64,000 bases of DNA from the human T2T-CHM13v2.0 reference genome, Homo sapiens, in NCBI RefSeq assembly GCF_009914755.1, contig NC_060940.1. The stretch is one strand, 5' to 3'. Of this stretch, positions 14,001 to 28,812 are shown in pieces. Below the pieces are notes generated by a model that was given only the letters and a program-made list of their open reading frames with translations, was not told the DNA's origin and made no database searches. A program made the translations under genes and the position numbers. The stretch's first letter is position 1, and each line of letters opens with the position of its first letter.

Positions 14001-16588
14001 GGTTCCATTCGAGTCCATTTAATCATTACAGTCGAGTCCGTTTGGTGATTCCACTGGATTTCTTTTGATAATGATACCATTCAATTACATTTGATGATGA
14101 TCCCATTCAATTTCATTTGATGATGATTCCATTAGAGTCCATTCGATGATTTCATTCGAGTCCCTTCATTGATTCCATCCGATTTCATTGGATGATGACT
14201 CCATTCGAGTCCATTCGATGATTCCACTCGATTCCATTAGATGACTCCATTGGAGTCCATTTGATTGTTCCATTCGATTCCATTCGATTCCTTTCGAAGA
14301 TTATTCCATTTGAGTCCATTCGATGATGATTCCATTCCATTCCATTCGATGATTCCGTTTGATTCCATTCGATGATTCCCTTCGATTCCTTTCTTTGATG
14401 ATTCCATTCCATTCCATTCAATGATTCCATTCGAATCTATTCCATGATGATTCCTTTCGATTCCATTCGCTGATGTTTCCGTTCAATTCCATTCGATGAT
14501 GATTCCATTCGATTCCATTCATTGAGGATTCCATTTGATTCCATTCAATGATGATTCCATTCTATTCCATTCAATGATTTCATTCAATTCCATTCAATGA
14601 TTATCCCCTTAGAGTAAACTCAACGATTCCATTCAATACCATTCGATGATGATTCCTTTTGAGTCCATTCAATGATTTCATTCAAGTCCATTTGATGATT
14701 CCTTTCAATTCCATTCGATGATGATTCCATTCGAGTCCATTCGATGATTCCATTCGATTGCATTCGATGATTCCATTATATTCCATTCAACGGTGATTCC
14801 ATTCGAGTCCATTCCATGATTCCATTAGAGTACATTTAATGATTGCTTTGTTTTCAATTCGAAGATGATTGCATTGGATTCCATTCTATGATACCATTCG
14901 ATTCCATTCAATGATGATTCCACTCAAATCCATTGGATGATTCCATTCGTGTCCATTCGGTGATTTCATTAGATTCCATTCGAGGATGATTCCATTCGAT
15001 TCCATTCGATGATTCCATTCAATTCCATTCGATGATGATTCCATTCCAGTCCATATGATCATTCCATTTGATTTCATTCGATGATGATTCCATTCGATTC
15101 CATTCGACGATTCCATTCTATTCCATTCGATGATGATTCCATTCGAGTCCATTCGATCAATCCATTCGAGTCCATTTAATGATTCCATTGGGTTCAATTC
15201 AATGATGATTACATTGGATTCCGTTCTATGATTCCATTCAATTCCGTTCATTGACAATTTGATTCCATTCGATGATGATTCCATTTGAGTTCATTCGATG
15301 ATTCTATTCGATTCTCTTCGATGGTGATTCAATTTTATTATATTGGATAATTCCATTCGATTCCATTTGATGTTGATTCAATTCGATTCTATTCGATGAT
15401 GATTCCATTGGATTTCACTTGATGATTCTATTCGATTCCATTCAATGATGATTCACTTCTCGTCCATTGGATGATTCCATTTCATTCCATTCGATGATGA
15501 TTCCATTTGATTCCATTCGTTGATTCCATTTGATTCCATGCGACGGTGAGCAATTCGATTCAATTCCATGATGATTCTATTTGATTCAATTAGATGATGT
15601 TTCCATTCGAATCCATTCCATGATTATTCCATTGGAATCCATTCGGCGATGATTCCATATGAGTCAATTCAATGATGATTCCATATGGGTCCGTTCGATG
15701 ATAATTCCATTTGATTTCATTCGATGCTTCTATTCTATTCCAGTCGATGATGATTCCGTTGGAGTCCATACGATGATTCCATTTGATTTCATTTGATGAT
15801 GATTCCATTCGATGATGATTACATTGGATTCCATTCTATGATTCCATTCAATTCCATTCGTTGATGATTCGATTCCATTCAATGATGATTCCATTTGAGT
15901 TCATTCGATGATTCTATTCGATTCCGTTCGATGGTGATTCAATTCTATTATATTGGATGATTCCACTCGATTCCATTTGATGATTATTCCATTGGAGTCC
16001 ACTTAGTGAATCCTTTAGATTCTACTCGACGATGATTCCATTCGAGTCCATTCGATGATACCATTCAATTCCATTCGTTGATGCTTCCATTCAAGTGCAT
16101 TCGATGATATCATTCGATTCCATTTGATGATAATTCCATTTGATTCCATGCGATGATTCTATTCGATTCCATTCAATGATAATTCCATTCAATTCAGTGA
16201 TTCCTCTGGACTCCATTTGATGATGATTCCATTCAATGATTCCATTCGATTCTATTCGAAAATGATTCCATTTGAATCCATTTGATGATGATTCCATTAG
16301 ATTCCATTTGATGATTCCATTCGATTCCATTCGACGATGATTCCATTCGATTCCGTTTGATGATTCCATTCTATTCTATTCGATGATGATTCCATTCGAT
16401 TCCATTCGATGATGATTGGATTCGATTCCATTGGATGATTTCATTTGATTCCATTCGTTAATGATTTCGATCAATTCCATTCGATGATTCCATTCGATTC
16501 CATTCGATAATGATTACATCCGAGTCCATTCGATGATTCCCTTTGAGCCTGTTCGATAATTCCATTTGAGTCCAACCAATGATTCCAT
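8073..16588 (+). repeat. Higher-order unit, expanded variant (8516 bp = 6112 + 2404 duplication)
   Basis: Landmark spacing 8073 to 16589; internal landmarks repeat at +2404 (10493/12897, 11058/13462, 11781/14185, 12482/14886). Confidence 0.9.
10254..15061 (+). repeat. 2404-bp tandem duplication (about 10254-12657 and 12658-15061)
   Basis: Junction at 12658-12664 (TTCCATT) joins CAGTCCATATGATCA to CAATTCCATACGATG, which normally follows 10260. Confidence 0.9.
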
Positions 16589-19500
16589 TCATTTCCATTC
16601 AATGATTCCATTCGAGTCCATTTGATCATTCCGGTAGGGTCCATTCGATGTTGATTCCATTGGAGTGCATTCGATGATTCCATTCGAGTCCATTTTAGGA
16701 TTTGATTCGAGTCCTTTCGATGATTCCATTCGATTCCACTCGATGATGATTTCATTCGAGTCCATTCGACACTTCCAATCGATTCCATTTGATGATTCCA
16801 TTCGAGTCCAATTGATGATTCCATTCAATTCCATTCGATGATGATTCCGTACGATTCCATTCTGTGATGATTCCATGTGATTGCATTCAATGATGATTCC
16901 TTTCGATTACATTCGATTATGATGCATTTCGTGTTCATTCTATGGTTCCACAGGTTTCCATTCGTGTCCATTCCATTATTCCATTCTATTCCATTTGATG
17001 ATGATTCCGTTCGATTCCATTCATTGGTGATTCCACTCAATTCCATTCAATGATTCCATTCCATTTCTTTCAACAATGATTCCATTAGTTTCTAATCGAT
17101 GATCCACTTGATTCCATTTGACGACGATTCCATTCTTGTCCATTCGATGATTCCATTTGATTCCATATGATGATGATTCCATTCGATTCCATACCATGAT
17201 GATTCCATTCGAGTCCATTCAATGGTGATTCCATTCAATTCCATTCGATGATTCCTTTTGATTCCATTCGATGATGATGGCATTCGATTCCTTTCAATCA
17301 TTCCCTTTGATTCCATTCAAAGGTGATTTCATTCAAGTCCATTCGATAATTGCATTCGATTCCATTCTATGATGATTCCATTCGAGTCCATTTGATGATT
17401 CCATTCAATTCAAGTCAATGATGATTCCATTCGATTCCATTCGATGATTCCATTGGATTCCATTCGATGATGATTCCATTCAAATCCATTCGATAATTCA
17501 ATTCAAGTCCATTCGATGATGATTCCAATCGAATCCATTCAAAGATTCCATTCAGTTCCATTCGATGATTCCCTTAGATTCCATTCGATGATTCCACTTG
17601 ATTGCATTTACGATGATTCCATTCGATTCCATGTGATGATTCCATTCAATTCTATTCAATGATGTCTCCATTTGATTCCATTCGACCATGATTGCCTTTG
17701 ATTCCATTCAATGATTCCATTTGGTTCCGTTTGATGATGATTCCGTTCGATTCCATTTGATGATTCCATTTGATTCCATTGGATGAGTCCATTCGATTAC
17801 ATTCGATGATTATTCCATTCGAGTGCATTAGATGATTCCATTCGAGTCCATTCGATGATTCCATTCGATTCCATTCGATGTTGATTCTGTTCAAATCCAT
17901 TCGATGATTCCACTCGATTCCATTCGTTGACTCCATTTGATCCCATTCGATGATTTCCTTTGATTCCCTTTGATGATCATTCCATTTGATTCAATTCGGT
18001 GATTTCATTTGATTCCATTCAGTGATGTTTCCATTCGACTCCATTCGATGATGATTCCATTCGACTCCATTCGATTATGATTTCATTCAATTCCATTCGA
18101 TAATGATTCCCTTCGAGTCCATTCGATGATTCCATTCGATTCCATTCAACAATGATTTGATTCGTGTCCATTCGATGATTCCATTTGATTCCACATGATG
18201 ATGATTCCATTCGAGTCCATTTGATGATTCCATTCAATTCCATACTCCGATGATTTCTTTTGAGCCCACTCAATGCTTCCACTCGATTCCATATGATGAT
18301 GACTCCATTCGATGAAATTCGATGATGATTCCATTCGCTTGCTTTCGATGATGATTCCACTTGAGTCCGTTAGAAGATTCTATTCAATTACATTCCATGA
18401 CAATTCCGTTCGAGTCCATTTGATGATTCCATTAGACTCCATTCGACGATGATTCCATTCGATGTTATTCGATGATTCCATTCGATCTCATTCGATGATG
18501 ATTCCATTCAACTCCATTCGATGTTTCCATTCGAGTTCATTCTATTATTCCATTAGATTCCATTCGATGATGATTCCATTCGATTCCATTTGATGATTGC
18601 ATTCTATTTCATTTGATGATGATTCCATTCGAGTCCACTCGATGATTCCATTCGAGTCCATTTAATGAATCCATTGGTTTCAATTCTATGATGATTACAT
18701 TGGATTCCATTCGTTGATGATTTCATTCGGTTCCATTCAATGATGATTCCATTCAATTCCTTTCAATGTTTCCATTCAATTCCATACGATGATGATTCCA
18801 TTTGATTTGATTCGACAGTGAGCCATTCGATTCAATTCCATGATGATTCTATTTGATTCAATTGGTTGACATTTCCATTCGATTCCATTCGATGATGATT
18901 CCCTTTGATTCCGTTCAAAGATGATTCCATTCTAGCCCATTCAATCATTCCATTCGATTCTATTCAATGATGATTCCATTCATGTCGATTTGGTGATTCC
19001 ATTTGACTTCATTTGATGATGATTCCTTTCAAGTTCATTAGATGATTCCATTCGATTCCATTTGATGATGATCCCATTCGAGTCCATTCAGTGATTCCAT
19101 TCGTTTCCATTCCATGATGATTCCATTCCTTTCCATTCAATGATTCCATTCGATTCCGTTTGATGATGATTTCATTCGAGTCCATTTGATGATTCCATTT
19201 GATTCCATTCGATGATGATTCCATTCGAGTCCATTCGATGATTCTATTCGAATCCATTTGATGATTTCTTTTGATTATATTTGGTGATGATTCCATTGGA
19301 GTCCATTCAATGATTCCATTCGATTCCAATCGATGATGATTCCATTAGAGTCCATTTAATGATTCCACTTGATTCCAGTCTCTGATGATTACATTCGAGT
19401 CCATACGATGATTCCACTCAATTCCATATGATGATGATTCCATTTGATTCCATTCGGTGATTCCATTCTATTCTATTCAATGGTGATTCCATTCGAGTAC

Positions 19501-22500
19501 ATTAGATGATTCCATTCGATTCCATTCAATGATGATTCTATTTGTGTCCCTTAGATGATTCCACATGATTCCATTACATGATGATACTATTTGAGCCCAT
19601 CCAATGATTCCCTTCGATTCCATTCGATGAGGATTCCATTCGATTCAGTTCATTGGTGATTCTATTCAATTCAATTCTTTGATTCCATTCCATTCCATTC
19701 GACAATGATTCCATTCGATTTCTTTCGATGATTCCACTCGATTCCACTTGACATTGATTCCCTTCGATTCCATTCAATGATTCCATTTGATTCCAGTGGA
19801 TGATGATTGCCATCGATTCCATTCGATCACTCCATTCTATTCCATTTGATGATGATTACATTCGATTCCATTTGACGATTCCATCTGATTCTATTCGAGG
19901 ATTCCATTTGATTCCATTCGATGATGATTCCATTCGAGTCCATTCGATGATTTCATTCGAGTACATCCAATGATTCCATTCGAGTCCATTAGATGATTCC
20001 ATTTGATTCCATTTGAAAATGATTCTACTAGAGTCCATTCAATGACTCCATTCGAGTCCATTCAACAATTCCATTCGACTCCATTCGATGATTCCATTCG
20101 ATTCCATTTGATGGTTCCATTCGAGTCCATTTAATCATTACAGTCGAGTCCATTTGGTGATTCCACTGGATTTCTTTTGATAATGATACCATTCAATTAC
20201 ATTTGATGATGATCCCATTCAATTTCATTTGATGATGATTCCATTAGAGTCCATTCGATGATTTCATTCGAGTCCCTTCATTGATTCCGTCCGATTTCAT
20301 TGGATGATGACTCCATTCGAGTCCATTCGATGATTCCACTCGATTCCATTAGATGACTCCATTGGAGTCCATTTGATTGTTCCATTCGATTCCATTCGAT
20401 TCCTTTCGAAGATTATTCCATTTGAGTGCATTCGATGATGATTCCATTCCATTCCATTCGATGATTCCGTTTGATTCTATTCGATGATTCCCTTCGATTC
20501 CTTTCTTTGATGATTCCATTCCATTCCATTCAATGATTCCATTCGAATCTATTCCATGATGATTCCTTTCGATTCCATTCGCTGATGTTTCCGTTCAATT
20601 CCATTCGATGATGATTCCATTCGATTCCATTCATTGAGGATTCCATTTGATTCCATTCAATGATGATTCCATTCTATTCCATTCAATGATTGCATTCAAT
20701 TCCATTCAATGATTATCCCATTAGAGTAAACTCAACGATTCCATTCAATACCATTCGATGATGATTCCTTTTGAGTCCATTCAATGATTTCATTCAAGTC
20801 CATTTGATGATTCCTTTCAATTCCATTCTATGATGATTCCATTCGAGTCCATTCGATGATTCCATTCGATTGCATTCGATGATTCCATTATATTCCATTC
20901 AACGGTGATTCCATTCGAGTCCATTCCATGATTCCATTAGAGTACATTTAATGATTGCTTTGTTTTCAATTCGAAGATGATTACATTGGATTCCATTCTA
21001 TGATACCATTCGATTCCATTCAATGATGATTCCACTCAAATCCATTGGATGATTCCATTCGTGTCCATTCGGTGATTTCATTAGATTCCATTCGAGGATG
21101 ATTCCATTCGATTCCATTCGATGATTCCATTCAATTCCATTCGATGATGATTCCATTCCAGTCCATATGATCATTCCATTTGATTTCATTCGATGATGAT
21201 TCCATTCGATTCCTTTCGACGATTCCATTCTATTCCATTCGATGATGATTCCATTCGAGTCCATTCGATGATTCCATTCGAGTCCATTTAATGATTCCAT
21301 TGGGTTCAATTCAATGATGATTACATTGGATTCCGTTCTCTGATTCCATTCAATTCCGTTCAATGACAATTTGATTCCATTCGATGATGATTCCATTTGA
21401 GTTCATTCGATGATTCTATTCGATTCTCTTCGATGGTGATTCAATTTTATTATATTGGATAATTCCATTCGATTCCATTTGATGTTGATTCAATTCGATT
21501 CTATTCGATGATGATTCCATTGGATTTCACTTGATGATTCTATTCGATTCCATTCAATGATGATTCACTTCTCGTCCATTGGATGATTCCATTTCATTCC
21601 ATTCGATGATGATTCCATTCGATTCCATTCGTTGATTCCATTTGATTCCATGCGACGGTGAGCAATTCGATTCAATTCCATGATGATTCTATTTGATTCA
21701 ATTAGATGATGTTTCCATTCGAATCCATTCCATGATTATTCCATTGGAATCCATTCGGCGATGATTCCATATGAGTCAATTCAATGATGATTCCATATGG
21801 GTCCGTTCGATGATAATTCCATTTGATTTCATTCGATGCTTCTATTCTATTCCAGTCGATGATGATTCCGTTGGAGTCCATACGATGATTCCATTTGATT
21901 TCATTTGATGATGATTCCATTCGATGATGATTACATTGGATTCCATTCTATGATTCCATTCAATTCCATTCGTTGATGATTCGATTCCATTCAATGATGA
22001 TTCCATTTGAGTTCATTCGATGATTCTATTCGATTCCGTTCGATGGTGATTCAATTCTATTATATTGGATGATTCCACTCGATTCCATTTGATGATTATT
22101 CCATTGGAGTCCACTTAGTGAATCCTTTAGATTCTACTCGACGATGATTCCATTCGAGTCCATTCGATGATACCATTCAATTCCATTCGTTGATGCTTCC
22201 ATTCAAGTGCATTCGATGATATCATTCGATTCCATTTGATGATAATTCCATTTGATTCCATGCGATGATTCTATTCGATTCCATTCAATGATAATTCCAT
22301 TCAATTCAGTGATTCCTCTGGACTCCATTTGATGATGATTCCATTCAATGATTCCATTCGATTCTATTCGAAAATGATTCCATTTGAATCCATTTGATGA
22401 TGATTCCATTAGATTCCATTTGATGATTCCATTCGATTCCATTCGACGATGATTCCATTCGATTCCGTTTGATGATTCCATTCTATTCTATTCGATGATG

Positions 22501-22700
22501 ATTCCATTCGATTCCATTCGATGATGATTGGATTCAATTCCATTGGATGATTTCATTTGATTCCATTCGTTAATGATTTCGATCAATTCCATTCGATGAT
22601 TCCATTCGATTCCATTCGATAATGATTACATCCGAGTCCATTCGATGATTCCCTTTGAGCCTGTTCGATAATTCCATTTGAGTCCAACCAATGATTCCAT
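16589..22700 (+). repeat. Canonical 6112-bp higher-order unit
   Basis: Landmarks recur at exactly +6112 (16589/22701, 17652/23764, 19009/25121, 20998/27110, 22203/28315). Confidence 0.95.
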
Positions 22701-25700
22701 TCATTTCCATTCAATGATTCCATTCGAGTCCATTTGATCATTCCGGTAGGGTCCATTCGATGTTGATTCCATTGGAGTGCATTCGATGATTCCATTCGAG
22801 TCCATTTTAGGATTTGATTCGAGTCCTTTCGATGATTCCATTCGATTCCACTCGATGATGATTTCATTCGAGTCCATTCGACACTTCCAATCGATTCCAT
22901 TTGATGATTCCATTCGAGTCCAATTGATGATTCCATTCAATTCCATTCGATGATGATTCCGTACGATTCCATTCTGTGATGATTCCATGTGATTGCATTC
23001 AATGATGATTCCTTTCGATTGCATTCGATTATGATTCATTTCGTGTTCATTCTATGGTTCCACAGGTTTCCATTCGTGTCCATTCCATTATTCCATTCTA
23101 TTCCATTTGATGATGATTCCGTTCGATTCCATTCATTGGTGATTCCACTCAATTCCATTCAATGATTCCATTCCATTTCTTTCAACAATGATTCCATTAG
23201 TTTCTAATCGATGATCCACTTGATTCCATTTGACGACGATTCCATTCTTGTCCATTCGATGATTCCATTTGATTCCATATGATGATGATTCCATTCGATT
23301 CCATACCATGATGATTCCATTCGAGTCCATTCAATGGTGATTCCATTCAATTCCATTCGATGATTCCTTTTGATTCCATTCGATGATGATGGCATTCGAT
23401 TCCTTTCAATCATTCCCTTTGATTCCATTCAAAGGTGATTTCATTCAAGTCCATTCGATAATTGCATTCGATTCCATTCTATGATGATTCCATTCGAGTC
23501 CATTTGATGATTCCATTCAATTCAAGTCAATGATGATTCCATTCGATTCCATTCGATGATTCCATTGGATTCCATTCGATGATGATTCCATTCAAATCCA
23601 TTCGATAATTCAATTCAAGTCCATTCGATGATGATTCCAATCGAATCCATTCAAAGATTCCATTCAGTTCCATTCGATGATTCCCTTAGATTCCATTCGA
23701 TGATTCCACTTGATTGCATTTACGATGATTCCATTCGATTCCATGTGATGATTCCATTCAATTCTATTCAATGATGTCTCCATTTGATTCCATTCGACCA
23801 TGATTGCCTTTGATTCCATTCAATGATTCCATTCGGTTCCGTTTGATGATGATTCCGTTCGATTCCATTTGATGATTCCATTTGATTCCATTGGATGAGT
23901 CCATTCGATTACATTCGATGATTATTCCATTCGAGTGCATTAGATGATTCCATTCGAGTCCATTCGATGATTCCATTCGATTCCATTCGATGTTGATTCT
24001 GTTCAAATCCATTCGATGATTCCACTCGATTCCATTCGTTGACTCCATTTGATCCCATTCGATGATTTCCTTTGATTCCCTTTGATGATCATTCCATTTG
24101 ATTCAATTCGGTGATTTCATTTGATTCCATTCAGTGATGTTTCCATTCGACTCCATTCGATGATTATTCCATTCGACTCCATTCGATTATGATTTCATTC
24201 AATTCCATTCGATAATGATTCCCTTCGAGTCCATTCGATGATTCCATTCGATTCCATTCAACAATGATTTGATTCGTGTCCATTCGATGATTCCATTTGA
24301 TTCCACATGATGATGATTCCATTCGAGTCCATTTGATGATTCCATTCAATTCCATACTCCGATGATTTCTTTTGAGCCCACTCAATGCTTCCACTCGATT
24401 CCATATGATGATGACTCCATTCGATGAAATTCGATGATGATTCCATTCGCTTGCTTTCGATGATGATTCCACTTGAGTCCGTTAGAAGATTCTATTCAAT
24501 TACATTCCATGACGATTCCGTTCGAGTCCATTTGATGATTCCATTAGACTCCATTCGACGATGATTCCATTCGATGTTATTCGATGATTCCATTCGATCT
24601 CATTCGATGATGATTCCATTCAACTCCATTCGATGTTTCCATTCGAGTTCATTCTATTATTCCATTAGATTCCATTCGATGATGATTCCATTCGATTCCA
24701 TTTGATGATTGCATTCTATTTCATTTGATGATGATTCCATTCGAGTCCACTCGATGATTCCATTCGAGTCCATTTAATGAATCCATTGGTTTCAATTCTA
24801 TGATGATTACATTGGATTACATTCGTTGATGATTTCATTCGGTTCCATTCAAGGATGATTCCATTCAATTCCTTTCAATGTTTCCATTCAATTCCATACG
24901 ATGATGATTCCATTTGATTTGATTCGACAGTGAGCCATTCGATTCAATTCCATGATGATTCTATTTGATTCAATTGGTTGACATTTCCATTCGATTCCAT
25001 TCGATGATGATTCCCTTTGATTCCGTTCAAAGATGATTCCATTCTAGCCCATTCAATCATTCCATTCGATTCTATTCAATGATGATTCCATTCATGTCGA
25101 TTTGGTGATTCCATTTGACTTCATTTGATGATGATTCCTTTCAAGTTCATTAGATGATTCCATTCGATTCCATTTGATGATGATCCCATTCGAGTCCATT
25201 CAGTGATTCCATTCGTTTCCATTCCATGATGATTCCATTCCTTTCCATTCAATGATTCCATTCGATTCCGTTTGATGATGATTTCATTCGAGTCCATTTG
25301 ATGATTCCATTTGATTCCATTCGATGATGATTCCATTCGAGTCCATTCGATGATTCTATTCGAATCCATTTGATGATTTCTTTTGATTATATTTGGTGAT
25401 GATTCCATTGGAGTCCATTCAATGATTCCATTCGATTCCAATCGATGATGATTCCATTAGAGTCCATTTAATGATTCCATTTGATTCCAGTCTCTGATGA
25501 TTACATTCGAGTCCATACGATGATTCCACTCAATTCCATATGATGATGATTCCATTTGATTCCATTCGGTGATTCCATTCTATTCTATTCAATGGTGATT
25601 CCATTCGAGTACATTAGATGATTCCATTCGATTCCATTCAATGATGATTCTATTTGTGTCCCTTAGATGATTCCACATGATTCCATTACATGATGATACT

Positions 25701-28700
25701 ATTTGAGCCCATCCAATGATTCCCTTCGATTCCATTCGATGAGGATTCCATTCGATTCAGTTCATTGGTGATTCTATTCAATTCAATTCTTTGATTCCAT
25801 TCCATTCCATTCGACAATGATTCCATTCGATTTCTTTCGATGATTCCACTCGATTCCACTTGACATTGATTCCCTTCGATTCCATTCAATGATTCCATTT
25901 GATTCCAGTGGATGATGATTGCCATCGATTCCATTCGATCACTCCATTCTATTCCATTTGATGATGATTACATTCGATTCCATTTGACGATTCCATCTGA
26001 TTCTATTCGAGGATTCCATTTGATTCCATTCGATGATGATTCCATTCGAGTCCATTCGATGATTTCATTCGAGTACATCCAATGATTCCATTCGAGTCCA
26101 TTAGATGATTCCATTTGATTCCATTTGAAAATGATTCTACTAGAGTCCATTCAATGACTCCATTCGAGTCCATTCAACAATTCCATTCGACTCCATTCGA
26201 TGATTCCATTCGATTCCATTTGATGGTTCCATTCGATTCCATTTAATCATTACAGTCGAGTCCATTTGGTGATTCCACTGGATTTCTTTTGATAATGATA
26301 CCATTCAATTACATTTGATGATGATCCCATTCAATTTCATTTGATGATGATTCCATTAGAGTCCATTCGATGATTTCATTCGAGTCCCTTCATTGATTCC
26401 ATCCGATTTCATTGGATGATGACTCCATTCGAGTCCATTCGATGATTCCACTCGATTCCATTAGATGACTCCATTGGAGTCCATTTGATTGTTCCATTCG
26501 ATTCCATTCGATTCCTTTCGAAGATTATTCCATTTGAGTCCATTCGATGATGATTCCATTCCATTCCATTCGATGATTCCGTTTGATTCCATTCGATGAT
26601 TCCCTTCGATTCCTTTCTTTGATGATTCCATTCCATTCCATTCAATGATTCCATTCGAATCTATTCCATGATGATTCCTTTCGATTCCATTCGCTGATGT
26701 TTCCGTTCAATTCCATTCGATGATGATTCCATTCGATTCCATTCATTGAGGATTCCATTTGATTCCATTCAATGATGATTCCATTCTATTCCATTCAATG
26801 ATTGCATTCAATTCCATTCAATGATTATCCCCTTAGAGTAAACTCAACGATTCCATTCAATACCATTCGATGATGATTCCTTTTGAGTCCATTCAATGAT
26901 TTCATTCAAGTCCATTTGATGATTCCTTTCAATTCCATTCTATGATGATTCCATTCGAGTCCATTCGATGATTCCATTCGATTGCATTCGATGATTCCAT
27001 TATATTCCATTCAACGGTGATTCCATTCGAGTCCATTCCATGATTCCATTAGAGTACATTTAATGATTGCTTTGTTTTCAATTCGAAGATGATTACATTG
27101 GATTCCATTCTATGATACCATTCGATTCCATTCAATGATGATTCCACTCAAATCCATTGGATGATTCCATTCGTGTCCATTCGGTGATTTCATTAGATTC
27201 CATTCGAGGATGATTCCATTCGATTCCATTCGATGATTCCATTCAATTCCATTCGATGATGATTCCATTCCAGTCCATATGATCATTCCATTTGATTTCA
27301 TTCGATGATGATTCCATTCGATTCCTTTCGACGATTCCATTCTATTCCATTCGATGATGATTCCATTCGAGTCCATTCGATGATTCCATTCGAGTCCATT
27401 TAATGATTCCATTGGGTTCAATTCAATGATGATTACATTGGATTCCATTCTCTGATTCCATTCAATTCCGTTCAATGACAATTTGATTCCATTCGATGAT
27501 GATTCCATTTGAGTTCATTCGATGATTCTATTCGATTCTCTTCGATGGTGATTCAATTCTATTATATTGGATGATTCCATTCGATTCCATTTGATGTTGA
27601 TTCAATTCGATTCTATTCGATGATGATTCCATTGGATTTCACTTGATGATTCTATTCGATTCCATTCAATGATGATTCACTTCTCGTCCATTGGATGATT
27701 CCATTTCATTCCATTCGATGATGATTCCATTCGATTCCATTCGATGATTCCATTTGATTCCATGCGACGGTGAGCAATTCGATTCAATTCCATGATGATT
27801 CTATTTGATTCAATTAGATGATGTTTCCATTCGAATCCATTCCATGATTATTCCATTGGAATCCATTCGGCGATGATTCCATATGAGTCAATTCAATGAT
27901 GATTCCATATGGGTCCGTTCGATGATAATTCCATTTGATTTCATTCGATGCTTCTATTCTATTCCAGTCGATGATGATTCCGTTGGAGTCCATACGATGA
28001 TTCCATTTGATTTCATTTGATGATGATTCCATTCGATGATGATTACATTGGATTCCATTCTATGATTCCATTCAATTCCATTCGTTGATGATTCGATTCC
28101 ATTCAATGATGATTCCATTTGAGTTCATTCGATGATTCTACTCGATTCCGTTCGATGGTGATTCAATTCTATTATATTGGATGATTCCACTCGATTCCAT
28201 TTGATGATTATTGCATTGGAGTCCATTTAGTGAATCCTTTAGATTCTATTCGACGATGATTCCATTCGAGTCCATTCGATGATACCATTCAATTCCATTC
28301 GTTGATGCTTCCATTCAAGTGCATTCGATGATATCATTCGATTCCATTTGATGATAATTCCATTTGATTCCATGCGATGATTCTATTCGATTCCATTCAA
28401 TGATAATTCCATTCAATTCAGTGATTCCTCTGGACTCCATTTGATGATGATTCCATTCAATGATTCCATTCGATTCTATTCGAAAATGATTCCATTTGAA
28501 TCCATTTGATGATGATTCCATTAGATTCCATTTGATGATTCCATTCGATTCCATTCGACGATGATTCCATTCGATTCCGTTTGATGATTCCATTCTATTC
28601 TATTCGATGATGATTCCATTCGATTCCATTCGATGATGATTGGATTCGATTCCATTTGATGATTTCATTTGATTCCATTCGTTAATGATTTCGATCAATT

Positions 28701-28812
28701 CCATTCGATGATTCCATTCGACTCCATTCGATAATGATTACATCCGAGTCCATTCGATGATTCCCTTTGAGCCTGTTCGATAATTCCATTTGAGTCCAAC
28801 CAATGATTCCAT
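22701..28812 (+). repeat. Canonical 6112-bp higher-order unit
   Basis: Landmarks recur at +6112 (22701/28813, 23764/29876, 25121/31233, 26409/32521). Confidence 0.95.
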
